This document shows positions 38,371 to 47,056 of a stretch of DNA of 64,000 bases, one piece after another; the stretch's first letter is position 1, and each line of letters opens with the position of its first letter. The notes below the pieces were generated by a model. It was given only the letters and a program-made list of their open reading frames with translations, did no database searches and had not been told where the DNA came from. Source of the DNA: an uncultured Acidobacteriota bacterium (GTDB lineage Bacteria > Acidobacteriota > JAQAZP01); NCBI GenBank assembly GCA_963836075.1, contig CAWIIB010000001.1, positions 1,312,001 through 1,376,000 on the forward strand, read 5' to 3'. The position numbers were made by a program, and so were the translations under genes.

Positions 38371-41300
38371 GCACGCCGGGCCACGGCTTTCTTCTCTTCA
38401 CGCAGCAGCTTCACCCCCTCGGCGATCAGGTTGGGGGCGCCGTGATCATCCTCGACACGTCCCTTGACCAGGAAGGGCCCCGAGGCCCGTGACAGCTCGG
38501 CGGCGAACCGGCGGTAGACCCGGGGGAAGAAGGTGGCCTCGAAGCGGCCGTGGGGATCGGAAAAGGTGACAAAGGCCATCGGCTCGTTCTTCTTCTCGGT
38601 GCGGGTGCGCTTGGTGGTCACCTTCCAGCCGAAGCAGTACGCAGTCTTGCCGTCCATCTTCTCGAGGTCCACGGAGCGGACCACCGGACGCTGCCTCGCC
38701 ACCCGTGACAGCCGCTCGGCAAACAGTTCCAGCGGGTGGGCGGTGGCGGTGAGCCCCAGCAGGTCGAGTTCGAGGAGCATCTTCTTCTGCCGGGGGTAGT
38801 CCTCCAGCGGCGGCAGTTTGCCGGCCAGCTGCTCGAAGTTGTGGGGGCACCCCTTGTCCGGCCCGGAGAAGAGCAGCCCGATGAGCCAGAGCAGCTCAGG
38901 CCGGGTGCGGCCGAGACAGTCGAGCGCGCCGCAGCGGGCCAGGGCCTCCAGCTCGGCTTTCTCGGGGCGCAGTTCGCAGCGCCGGGCCAGTTCGTCGATG
39001 GCGGTGAAGGGCCCGTCCTTCGCCCGGGCCTCCACAATGCTCTCCAGCTGTTCGGCGCGCACCCCCTTGACCATCATCAGCCCCACCCGCACCGCCTTGC
39101 CCTCGCCGGTGAAGCGCACCTCGCCCCGGTTGACGCAGGGCAGGATGATCTCCAGCCCCAGGCGCCGCGCCTCTTCCACGTATTCCAGCGACGAGTAGTA
39201 GCCGCCCTGGTTGGAAAGCACCGCGGCCATGAAGTGTGCCGGGTGGTGCGCCTTCCAGTACATGCTCTCGAAGGATTCGAGGGCAAAGGAGGCGGAGTGG
39301 GCCTTGCAGAAGGCGTAGCCGGCAAAGGACTCGATCTGGCGGAAGACCTCGGTGATCACGTCGTCGGGCACGCCGTTCCCGGCGGAGCCGCGGAAGAAGC
39401 GGTGCTTGTATTTCTCCATCCGCTCCCAGTTCCGTTTCTTGGACATGCACTTGCGCAGCCCGTCGGCCTCGGAGAGGCTCATCCCGGCCATCTCGGAGGC
39501 GATGCGGATCACCTGCTCCTGGTAGATCAGGCAGCCGTAGGTGTCGGACAGCACCGGCTCCAGACGGGGGTGGAGAAAGCTCACCGGCTCGAGGCCCAGG
39601 TGGCGGCGCACGTACTGCCGCTTGCCGCCGTGGTTGGAAACACCGGGGCGGATGATGGAGGAGATGGCGGTGAGCACCTCGAAGTCGTCGCAGCGGGTCT
39701 GGCGGATCAGCTGGATCATGCCCGGGGACTCGATGTAGAAACAGCCCTCGCTGTGGCCCTCGCGCATCATCTCCCGGGTCAGCGGGTCGCTGAGACAGCG
39801 CAGCGGGTCGTCGCCGTGGAGGCCCTCCTCCGGCCCCGCCTCGCCGTCCCCCCGCTCAGCGGCCGCCGCCCGCTGGGTCTCGGAGATCACCGCCAGCCCC
39901 TTCTGGCCCAGGATGTCGATCTTCAGCAGGCCGGCGTCCTCCACGGGGTACATCGACCACTGGGTGATGGGCAGGCCCTTGTCGCCCAGCTCCAGCGGCA
40001 TGTGGTCGGTGATCGGCCCGGGGGCCACCACCAGGCCGCAGGGGTGGGTGGCCAGGTGGCGCGGGAAACCGCTGACCCGCCCGGCAGCCTCGAGGATCGA
40101 GCGGAACGGCTCACGGTCCAGCGGCAGCCCGTGGCTCTCCGGCCAGCGATCGGCCGCCTCCCCCACCCCCTCGGCCGAGGCGAAGTGAGGCAGCTTCTTC
40201 ACCACCGCGTCGATCTCACCCACGGGGATGCCCATGGCCGACGCCACCTCGCGGATCGCCGACCGGGCGCGCATGGTGGAGTAGGTGCAGATCATCGCCA
40301 CCCGGTCACGGCCGTAGCGGCGAAAGATGTAGTCCAGCACCTCTTCGCGGTCGTCGGTGCCGAAGTCGATGTCGAAGTCGGGCATCGATTCCCGCTCGAG
40401 ATTGAGAAAGCGCTCGAAAAAGAGATTGTGCCGCAGGGGGTCGACGTGGGTGATGAAGAGACAGAAGGAGACGATGCTGTTGGCCGCCGACCCGCGGCCC
40501 AGACAGGGCATGCCCTCCTGGCGGGCGAAGCGGACGATGTCGTGGCAGACGAGGAAGTAGTCTTCCAGCTCGAGGCGGCAGATCACGTCCAGTTCGCGGT
40601 TCAGGGTGTCGTAGGCCTCACGGGTGATCGGCCGGTAGCGCTGCTCCAGACCCTGGAAGGCCAGCTTGCAGAGCCAGGAGAAGGAGCTCTCCCCCTCGGG
40701 CACCGGAAAGCGGGGCAGCTTGGGCCGGCCGATCTCCAGGTCGACGCGGCAGGACCAGGCGATCTCGGCCGCGTTACGCAGGGCCTGGGGCAGGTCATGA
40801 AACAGGGCGGCCATCTGGGCCGGACTCTTGAAGTGGTTCTCGCGGTCCACCGCGGCGCCGGCGGGGAGGGTGCCCACGGTGGTGTTGGTGCGCATGGCCG
40901 AGAGCAGCCGGTGGGTGAAGTGGTCCTCGGCGGCCAGCAGGTGGACGCGGTTGGCAGCAGCCACCGGGAAACCGAACTTCTCGGCCAGGGTGATCAGACG
41001 GTAGCCGTGGCGGCGGCTGGCCGCGTCACGGATGTTGGTCAGTTCGACGTAGACGTGGTCCGGCCCCTGACGGCCCCGGGAGCAGTCGCGGGCGCCGGCC
41101 AGGGCGCCCAGCAGCTGCTGGTCGGCGGTGAGCACCACCACCCGCGGGGAAAGTTCGGCCAGGCAGGCATCGAGGTCGAAATCCTCTTCCAGGTGCCTGG
41201 CGGTCACCGCCCGGCAGACCTCGGCGTACCCCTCGCGGTCACGGGCCAGCAGCACGGCCCGCCGCCGCGGCCCGGCCTCCCGCCGGGTTCGGCCCGGCTC

Positions 41301-41573
41301 GCGTTTCCTCTCCCCCCGGCCTTCGGCAGCCGCTCCCCCGCTCTCCTGTCCAGCCACGCCCAGTTCCAGCTCGGCGCCATAGATCGGCCGCACCCCCTCG
41401 GCCACACAGGCCTGGTGAAAGGGCACAGCAGCGTAGAGCCCGTTGGTGTCGGTGAGCGCCAGGGCGTCCATCCCCGCCTCCCGAGCAGCAACGGCCAACT
41501 GCTCTACCGTGGCCGTACCGGAGAGGAGGGAGAAATTGGAGTGGCTGTTGAGGTGGACATAGGGGATCGCCAT
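38367..41573 (-). CDS. dnaE2: Error-prone DNA polymerase III alpha (DnaE2 type)
   Basis: PHP domain (HSNFSLL, ALTDTNG), GRGSAANS, PDFDIDF, HPCG, KIDILG, YAFCKAH; linked to lexA and dinB. Confidence 0.9.
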   Translation of the reverse strand: MAIPYVHLNSHSNFSLLSGTATVEQLAVAAREAGMDALALTDTNGLYAAVPFHQACVAEGVRPIYGAELELGVAGQESGGAAAEGRGERKREPGRTRREAGPRRRAVLLARDREGYAEVCRAVTARHLEEDFDLDACLAELSPRVVVLTADQQLLGALAGARDCSRGRQGPDHVYVELTNIRDAASRRHGYRLITLAEKFGFPVAAANRVHLLAAEDHFTHRLLSAMRTNTTVGTLPAGAAVDRENHFKSPAQMAALFHDLPQALRNAAEIAWSCRVDLEIGRPKLPRFPVPEGESSFSWLCKLAFQGLEQRYRPITREAYDTLNRELDVICRLELEDYFLVCHDIVRFARQEGMPCLGRGSAANSIVSFCLFITHVDPLRHNLFFERFLNLERESMPDFDIDFGTDDREEVLDYIFRRYGRDRVAMICTYSTMRARSAIREVASAMGIPVGEIDAVVKKLPHFASAEGVGEAADRWPESHGLPLDREPFRSILEAAGRVSGFPRHLATHPCGLVVAPGPITDHMPLELGDKGLPITQWSMYPVEDAGLLKIDILGQKGLAVISETQRAAAAERGDGEAGPEEGLHGDDPLRCLSDPLTREMMREGHSEGCFYIESPGMIQLIRQTRCDDFEVLTAISSIIRPGVSNHGGKRQYVRRHLGLEPVSFLHPRLEPVLSDTYGCLIYQEQVIRIASEMAGMSLSEADGLRKCMSKKRNWERMEKYKHRFFRGSAGNGVPDDVITEVFRQIESFAGYAFCKAHSASFALESFESMYWKAHHPAHFMAAVLSNQGGYYSSLEYVEEARRLGLEIILPCVNRGEVRFTGEGKAVRVGLMMVKGVRAEQLESIVEARAKDGPFTAIDELARRCELRPEKAELEALARCGALDCLGRTRPELLWLIGLLFSGPDKGCPHNFEQLAGKLPPLEDYPRQKKMLLELDLLGLTATAHPLELFAERLSRVARQRPVVRSVDLEKMDGKTAYCFGWKVTTKRTRTEKKNEPMAFVTFSDPHGRFEATFFPRVYRRFAAELSRASGPFLVKGRVEDDHGAPNLIAEGVKLLREEKKAVARRA

Positions 41574-41753
41574 GGTGGCCGGTATATATCAAGCACAGCG
41601 CTATTCTCTTTCCTGCCGGGCCGCCCGGCGGCGTGCACCTGCACGCCACCGCGGGCCCCTGAGCGTCGGAACCCGGGCGAAACGGTGAAGAGGTACACCT
41701 GCGAAGCACCCGTTCACCAGATCCGCTGGCCCGGCATATAAACCACAAAGGGT

Positions 41754-41806
41754 TTTCGCTTTATTTTCGTCAAAATCAATATAGACGAAAATAAAGCGAA
41801 AGTCAA
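41754..41806 (-). promoter_or_regulatory. dnaE2 promoter with two inverted candidate LexA boxes
   Basis: TTGACT(41806-41801)-17 bp-TATATT(41783-41778); TTTCGCTTTATTTTCG at 41754-41769 (+) and 41801-41786 (-), forming a perfect 18-bp inverted repeat. Confidence 0.8.
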
Positions 41807-41831
41807 GGAGGGATGGAAACAGTGGGGACAG

Positions 41832-43955
41832 TTAGAACGTACCGGTCAGGCTGACGTAGAAACCTCTCCCCGGGGCGGGGATCTCGTCGCCGGCCATCAG
41901 GTCCCCCACCGGCATGGCCGCCTCGCGGGTCAGGTGCTCGTGGTATTCCTTGTCGAAGAGATTCTCGATGCCTGCCTGGAGCTGCAGCCAGCCGGTGAGC
42001 TGGACCCCGCCCCGCAGGTGCCAGACGGCAAAGCCCGGCGTCTCGTCCTCAGGGAAGGTCACGTCCACCCGGGTCTGGGAGTCGACAAAGCGGCCGCCCA
42101 GCTCGGTCCACCAGGGGAATCGCTGGCCGTATTCGGCCCGGGCCGCAGCCCGTCCCTCCAGTGGCGGGATCTCAGGCAGGGGGAACCCGCTCTTGCGGTC
42201 AGTGGCATGCACCCAGGCAATGCTCAAGGGGAAACTCCAGTGCTCCAGCCGGCCGAGCACGGCACCGGCCTCGGCGCCGTAAAGCCGGGCGTCGGTGTTG
42301 ATGAAGCCGCGGATCAGGTCCTCGGTGCCGTCACCGTTGACGTCCTGGCGGTCGATTTCGGTCTGCAGGATGTAGTCGCGCACACCGTCGTTGAAGACGG
42401 AGACAAAGAACAGGCAACGGGATTTCCGCCAGCTGGCACCCAGATCGAACTCCACTTTTTTCTCCGCATCCAGTGCCGGGTTGCCCAGCAGGAAGCCGCC
42501 CGGGGCCGGGGCAAAGGCGAAGTAGCGCTCGGTCATCCCGGCGGCCCTGGAGGCCAGGCCGGCACCAACGTGAACTTCGAGGCCTTCCCGGGGCTCCCAC
42601 TGCAGGACCAGGTTGGCTGAAGGCAGCGTCTCGGTCCGGGCCACATCACCGGCCTCTTCGCCATAAAAGCGGATGTAGTTCTCCCGGACGGTGCGGCCTT
42701 GGAGGCTCGGGTCGTCCACCGCCCCGGCATTGCTCTCCACCCGGTCCAGACGCGCACCGGCCCGCAGATTCCAGTGCGAGGACAGCCGCGAGTTCAGCTC
42801 GGCAAAGCCACCCAGGTCGTCCTGTGAGGTGTCGGGCCAGATGCGGTCGTAAAAGGTCTGACCGGGGGCCACCAGGTAGCGCTCGCGCACGCCGTCCCGG
42901 GCCAGGTCGTAATAGTCGGCACCCAGAGCCAGCATGCTGGCGGCGCCCAGTTCGAGATCGGCCCGCACAAGCCCGGAGAAGGTAATGGAATCGGTTGCCG
43001 ACTCCGCTTCCATCATCCCGCGGTTCGGCTTGCCGGTGTTGTTCATCAGATGGTCGATGGTGGCGTACCCGGCGGAGACCTCGAACCGCCGCAGCGTTTC
43101 GCCGGAGGGCCTTTCGATCCGGTAGCCGGTATTGTAGGTCCAAAGGGTGGAGTCCACCAGGTTCATGGGCAGCGAGGGGAAGTCCACCTGGTCCTCCTGC
43201 ACCCGGTTCACCGCGTTCCACCAGCGGTGGCCCTCCCGGGGCCGCAGGCCAAAGGTCAGCTGGCCGCTCCAGCCCTCCTGGGTGGCCGGCACTTCCGTGC
43301 CGTTGGCCGATTCGTAATCGCCATACTGGATCGTATCCACGGAGCCGGAGTAATCGAATGCCGCCGTGCCCCCCTGGAAACCGGCCCCGCCGGTATAACC
43401 GCTCCGGGCGCTGTCACCGCCGGCAGTGACCCAGCCGCCACATCCGGCCCCCTGCTCGGGATCCCGCTCGTAGTCGGGATTGATCACGATGCGGCCCCCG
43501 GTTCCGGCCGGGCCCAGGGTCACCGAGGACAGCCCCATGACCACCAGCACCTCGCCGGTCACATGGGGGCGGAAGTAGGTTACCGGCGGATCCATCCGCG
43601 CCGGGCAGGCGCCGAAAATGGGCAGGTGCCCCAGCTGGGTCACCACCCGCTCGTACCCCAGCCCCCTGATCACCGGCTCGGTGGCCGAAGCGCCCCGGCG
43701 AACGGCATTCACACCGGGAATCTCAGTCAGTGCCTCCCCCACGTTGGTGTACCGCCCGGAGTTCAGCTCCTCCTCGTCCAGCTTCACCAGCTCAGGACCC
43801 GCCACTCCGGCAGAGACCACGATCTCCTCGTGCACTTCAAGGGGGGGCTCATCCTCCTCACCCTCGCCGCCGGTCTGGGCGGTCGCCAGGACGGAGAAAG
43901 TCGATACCAGGAACAGCACCATGATCATACGAACCAACGACTCACCGCTCCTCAT
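41832..43955 (-). CDS. TonB-dependent receptor, OprC-like (copper)
   Basis: Signal peptide, plug EPVIRG..GACPARMDPP (CxxxM), ENLFDKEYHEHL, terminal Phe. Confidence 0.85.
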   Translation of the reverse strand: MRSGESLVRMIMVLFLVSTFSVLATAQTGGEGEEDEPPLEVHEEIVVSAGVAGPELVKLDEEELNSGRYTNVGEALTEIPGVNAVRRGASATEPVIRGLGYERVVTQLGHLPIFGACPARMDPPVTYFRPHVTGEVLVVMGLSSVTLGPAGTGGRIVINPDYERDPEQGAGCGGWVTAGGDSARSGYTGGAGFQGGTAAFDYSGSVDTIQYGDYESANGTEVPATQEGWSGQLTFGLRPREGHRWWNAVNRVQEDQVDFPSLPMNLVDSTLWTYNTGYRIERPSGETLRRFEVSAGYATIDHLMNNTGKPNRGMMEAESATDSITFSGLVRADLELGAASMLALGADYYDLARDGVRERYLVAPGQTFYDRIWPDTSQDDLGGFAELNSRLSSHWNLRAGARLDRVESNAGAVDDPSLQGRTVRENYIRFYGEEAGDVARTETLPSANLVLQWEPREGLEVHVGAGLASRAAGMTERYFAFAPAPGGFLLGNPALDAEKKVEFDLGASWRKSRCLFFVSVFNDGVRDYILQTEIDRQDVNGDGTEDLIRGFINTDARLYGAEAGAVLGRLEHWSFPLSIAWVHATDRKSGFPLPEIPPLEGRAAARAEYGQRFPWWTELGGRFVDSQTRVDVTFPEDETPGFAVWHLRGGVQLTGWLQLQAGIENLFDKEYHEHLTREAAMPVGDLMAGDEIPAPGRGFYVSLTGTF

Positions 43956-44102
43956 CCTCCTGCACCTCCAGTGGCATCCGTAGTAAGACGACATAATCGA
44001 TCAAGATTATTTCGTATAAGTATCATATTTATTAACATCTTACAGGATGATCACTGAAATTCAAGAGGAAGGGGGGAGGATCAGATGGGGCGGGGGAACC
44101 CG

Positions 44103-44133
44103 CTCACCGGCCGGCTCACGGCCAGCCGGTGAG
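44103..44133. terminator. GC hairpin downstream of the DUF1579 gene
   Basis: CTCACCGGC...GCCGGTGAG inverted repeat; no clear U-tract. Confidence 0.4.
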
Positions 44134-44149
44134 TCGATGGGACAGGCTT

Positions 44150-44773
44150 TTACTTGCGGGTGTAGGTGATCTCCATCGTCTTGAACTCCGTGCCGTCCGG
44201 AGCGGGGCCGTACATCTCCATGACGTGGTGGTCGTCGTCGATGACCCTGAACACCTCGCGCATACTGCTCTTCTTACCGGTCATGAAATCGTCGAACTCG
44301 GCGGTCAGGGTACAGACACCGTCCGTCATCGTCCCCTCGGCAAACAACACCATGGTGCTCATGCTGTCGATCCAGGTGCTGACATACTTTTTCTTGTAGT
44401 TGTCGTAGCCCATGTAGCCGATGCCCTCGAACGGCTGGCCCATCATGTCGCCATTGAAGGCCGTCATCACCCAGCGACCGCCAAGCACCCAGCTGTTGGT
44501 GCAGCTGCCGGTGGAAACCATCGGCTCGGTGCCCGGAGCGGCCCACCACTTGGTGGCGGCGCTCCAGGTGCCGATCATGCCGTTAAGCGCCTTGTGGTTC
44601 TCGGTGGGCGTGGACATTTCGGCCCACCTGGCCATCATCTCCGGGGTCATCCCGGAGACACCACTCTCATCCGTGGTCTCGTCATGGGCCACGACAAAAC
44701 TGCCGGTAAAAATGGCCAGAACCATGGCGGTCAGAAGTATCAGGGTCTTGCTCTTCTTCATCTCATTCTCCAA
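44150..44773 (-). CDS. DUF1579 family secreted protein
   Basis: Signal peptide, P.ENHK.L..MIGTW, PFEGIGYMGYDN, STWIDSMST. Confidence 0.88.
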   Translation of the reverse strand: MENEMKKSKTLILLTAMVLAIFTGSFVVAHDETTDESGVSGMTPEMMARWAEMSTPTENHKALNGMIGTWSAATKWWAAPGTEPMVSTGSCTNSWVLGGRWVMTAFNGDMMGQPFEGIGYMGYDNYKKKYVSTWIDSMSTMVLFAEGTMTDGVCTLTAEFDDFMTGKKSSMREVFRVIDDDHHVMEMYGPAPDGTEFKTMEITYTRK

Positions 44774-44809
44774 ATGTATTGTGTTGCTTTGAGTATGGTG
44801 TCGATTCTT

Positions 44810-44834
44810 ATGATCGACTATATCTGTCTACTAT
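44810..44834. promoter_or_regulatory. 25-bp palindromic operator (IscR/Rrf2 type-1-like) at the DUF1579 promoter
   Basis: ATGATCGACTATATCTGTCTACTAT overlapping the end of the -10 of TTGACA-16 bp-TAAGAT; 20/25 identical to the site at 52293-52317. Confidence 0.6.
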
Positions 44835-44880
44835 CTTACTTGCCCTCCCCTGTTTGTCAATGAAAAATTCTGTCAGAACA

Positions 44881-46122
44881 TCAGGCCGCCAGATCAGGCG
44901 ACCCCGGCTCCCCGTGAGCCCCGACCCGCACCACACCCATGCCGTGCTTACCCCGCAGGCCGTCCACCGCCTCGTAGAGCCGGCGCATGGTGCTGCTGTG
45001 GGTGGTGGAGGGCGCGGTGCGGGCCGCTTCAGCCCGGCTCTCGTAGCGTCCGGCAAAGAGGGGCAGCTGCCAGTTGCCTTCGAGGCAGGAGGCGGCGATG
45101 GCCACCCGCCGCACCCGGACCCGCCGGGTGAACAGGCCGTGAAAGGTCTCGAGGCACTGCTCGAGGATTCGCCCGTCGAGATCGGTGGGCTCGGCGGTGA
45201 CCCCGCCCCGCTGGGCGCGCACCTGGTCGGAATACTGGACAAAAACCGTGAAGCGGCGGGCAGCCAGTTTCTCGCGGCGCAGGCGGGTGCCCAGACGGCC
45301 GGCCAATTGGTGCAGCACCCCGGTGAGCCGGCCCCGGTCGACGCTGTCGGGGTTCAGGGTCTCCTCTTCCCGCCACCGGGACCGGGCATTGGCGGCGGTT
45401 TCGCACCGCACCGGCGTGCGGTCCACACCCCGGGCCCGCTGGTGCAGCGTGCGGCCGGTGGCCGGGCCAAAGACAGAGCCCAGCAGCTCTTCGGGGAAAC
45501 GGGTTACGTCGCCGATGCGGTGCACCGCCATGTCGCGGAGCGCCGCCCCCAGCTTCGGCCCCACGCCGGGCAGCCGGTCAATGGCCAGCGGGGCGAGAAA
45601 GGACTGCTCATACCCGGTGAAGACGTCCACCAGCCGCGCGCACTTGGCCGTGCCCGAAGCCACCTTGCTCACCAGCTTGTTCGCCGCCAGGCCCACCGAG
45701 ACCCCCAGGCCGGTGGCTTCGCGCACCTCGCACTTGATCCGGGCGGCGGCGTCCACCGGACTGCCGAAGAGGAACTGGCAACCGGTGTAGTCGAGAAAGC
45801 CTTCGTCCAGCGAGGCGCGCTCCACCAGCGGGCTGAAGCGCTCGAGGACACTGAAGAGGGATGACGAAGCCCGGGCGTAAAGGTCCCAGTCCACATGGAC
45901 CAGGGATGCGCCGGGACAGACGCGGCGGGCCTGGGCCATGGTCATGCCGGGCCGGACACCTTCGGCCCGGGCCTCGTACGAGGCGGAGACCACCCCGCCC
46001 CGGCTGGCGAGGTGGCCCACAATGACCGGACGCCGGCAATAGGCCGGGTCGCTCACTCGCAGCACGGAGGCGAAGAAGTCATCCGTGTTGATGTGAAGAA
46101 CAGTTGGCGCGTGGGGGTTCAC
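44881..46122 (-). CDS. Y-family DNA polymerase (DinB/ImuB-like)
   Basis: HINTDDFFASV, ASYEAR..GV..GM, SLDEGFLD, NKLVSKVAS, LPGVG, C-terminal QLPLF clamp motif. Confidence 0.9.
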   Translation of the reverse strand: MNPHAPTVLHINTDDFFASVLRVSDPAYCRRPVIVGHLASRGGVVSASYEARAEGVRPGMTMAQARRVCPGASLVHVDWDLYARASSSLFSVLERFSPLVERASLDEGFLDYTGCQFLFGSPVDAAARIKCEVREATGLGVSVGLAANKLVSKVASGTAKCARLVDVFTGYEQSFLAPLAIDRLPGVGPKLGAALRDMAVHRIGDVTRFPEELLGSVFGPATGRTLHQRARGVDRTPVRCETAANARSRWREEETLNPDSVDRGRLTGVLHQLAGRLGTRLRREKLAARRFTVFVQYSDQVRAQRGGVTAEPTDLDGRILEQCLETFHGLFTRRVRVRRVAIAASCLEGNWQLPLFAGRYESRAEAARTAPSTTHSSTMRRLYEAVDGLRGKHGMGVVRVGAHGEPGSPDLAA

Positions 46123-46173
46123 GGCAACAACTCCCTTCAGTCTTTTCGATCAGTTGGAAACGGAATATTGAAT

Positions 46174-46246
46174 GCGGTTCAAGGCCCCGGGGGGATCAGG
46201 GCCGGCACACGGCCTGGGCGCCGGCCCAAACGGAGCCTTGAACCGC
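46174..46246. repeat. Nested inverted repeat between lexA and dinB
   Basis: GCGGTTCAAGGC (46174-46185) / GCCTTGAACCGC (46235-46246) enclosing GGGCCGGC (46199-46206) / GCCGGCCC (46220-46227). Confidence 0.6.
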
Positions 46247-46311
46247 TCCTAGGCATAACCTCATCTGTGGCCCGATAGCGGCGTTAACGACTTCCTCGAA
46301 TCCTGGAAATC

Positions 46312-46917
46312 TCACGTAAACTTGCGCATCAGGCCCACCACCACGCCCTGCACTTGGACCTCGGTCTCGTCCACCAGGATCGGCTCCATGGCGGCGTTGG
46401 CCGGCTGGAGACGGATGGAGCGGCCCTCACGGAACCAGCGCTTGACCGTGACCTCGGTGCCGCCCACCAGGGCCACCACCACCTCGCCGTCCCGTGCCGT
46501 CTCGCGACGCTCGACGATGATCGTGTCACCCTCGAGGATGCCGTCCTCGATCATCGAGTCGCCGCGCACGCGAAGCGCGTAGCTCTCCTCGCCGCGCACC
46601 AGGTCTTCGGGAAGGGTCACCGTCTCGGGCACCGGGCAGGCCTCGATGGGCGAACCGGCGGCAACCATGCCCAGCAGGGGCACCTCCACCGCCACGCCGG
46701 CGTCCCCGCCCTGCCGCGGGGCGGCCGAACGGGTGCGGTGCTTCTCGCGGGTGATCAGCCCCTCGTCCACCATGTTCTCCAGGTGGCGGTGCACCGTGCT
46801 CACCGCCGAGAGCCCCAGGTGGTCGCGGATCTCTTCGATGGAGGGGGAGTAGCCGTGCCGTGTGCGATACCCGGTGAGGAAATCGAGGATCTGCTTCTGC
46901 CTTCTGGTCACCGGCAT
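46312..46917 (-). CDS. lexA: SOS repressor LexA
   Basis: TRRQKQIL..GYSPS..EI, VAAG cleavage site, GDSM, VTVK; GAGGAG RBS. Confidence 0.96.
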   Translation of the reverse strand: MPVTRRQKQILDFLTGYRTRHGYSPSIEEIRDHLGLSAVSTVHRHLENMVDEGLITREKHRTRSAAPRQGGDAGVAVEVPLLGMVAAGSPIEACPVPETVTLPEDLVRGEESYALRVRGDSMIEDGILEGDTIIVERRETARDGEVVVALVGGTEVTVKRWFREGRSIRLQPANAAMEPILVDETEVQVQGVVVGLMRKFT

Positions 46918-46959
46918 GGCGCTCCTCCTCTTTGTGCGGACGCCGTAGGCGTCGGTTGT

Positions 46960-47014
46960 TTTCGCTCTATTTTCGTTCTGCAGTGAATATAGGCGAAACT
47001 AAAACGAAAGTCAA
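46960..47014 (-). promoter_or_regulatory. lexA promoter with two inverted candidate LexA boxes
   Basis: TTGACT(47014-47009)-17 bp-TATATT(46991-46986); TTTCGCTCTATTTTCG 46960-46975 (+) and TTTCGTTTTAGTTTCG 47009-46994 (-). Confidence 0.8.
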
Positions 47015-47056
47015 GCGCTGTTTTCCGGCCCCCTCCCGACATGCTAGACTCCCCCC

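Noticed and set aside
31241-41573. Diversity-generating retroelement or DnaE2-driven diversification of the paralog array
   Set aside because: No reverse transcriptase and no template/variable repeat pair with adenine-specific differences seen; adjacency to dnaE2 is convergent and may be coincidental
38736-41741. 1001-aa plus-strand ORF, and similar long antisense ORFs such as 11284-13224, 19008-20738, 25265-27247 and 55076-56833
   Set aside because: Shadow ORFs opposite well-supported genes; expected in high-GC DNA and lacking recognisable motifs
41754-41801. 18-bp inverted repeat read as a terminator for the TonB receptor gene
   Set aside because: AT-rich stem with a 12-nt loop that coincides with -35/-10 elements and recurs upstream of lexA; better explained as paired operators, though a dual role is possible
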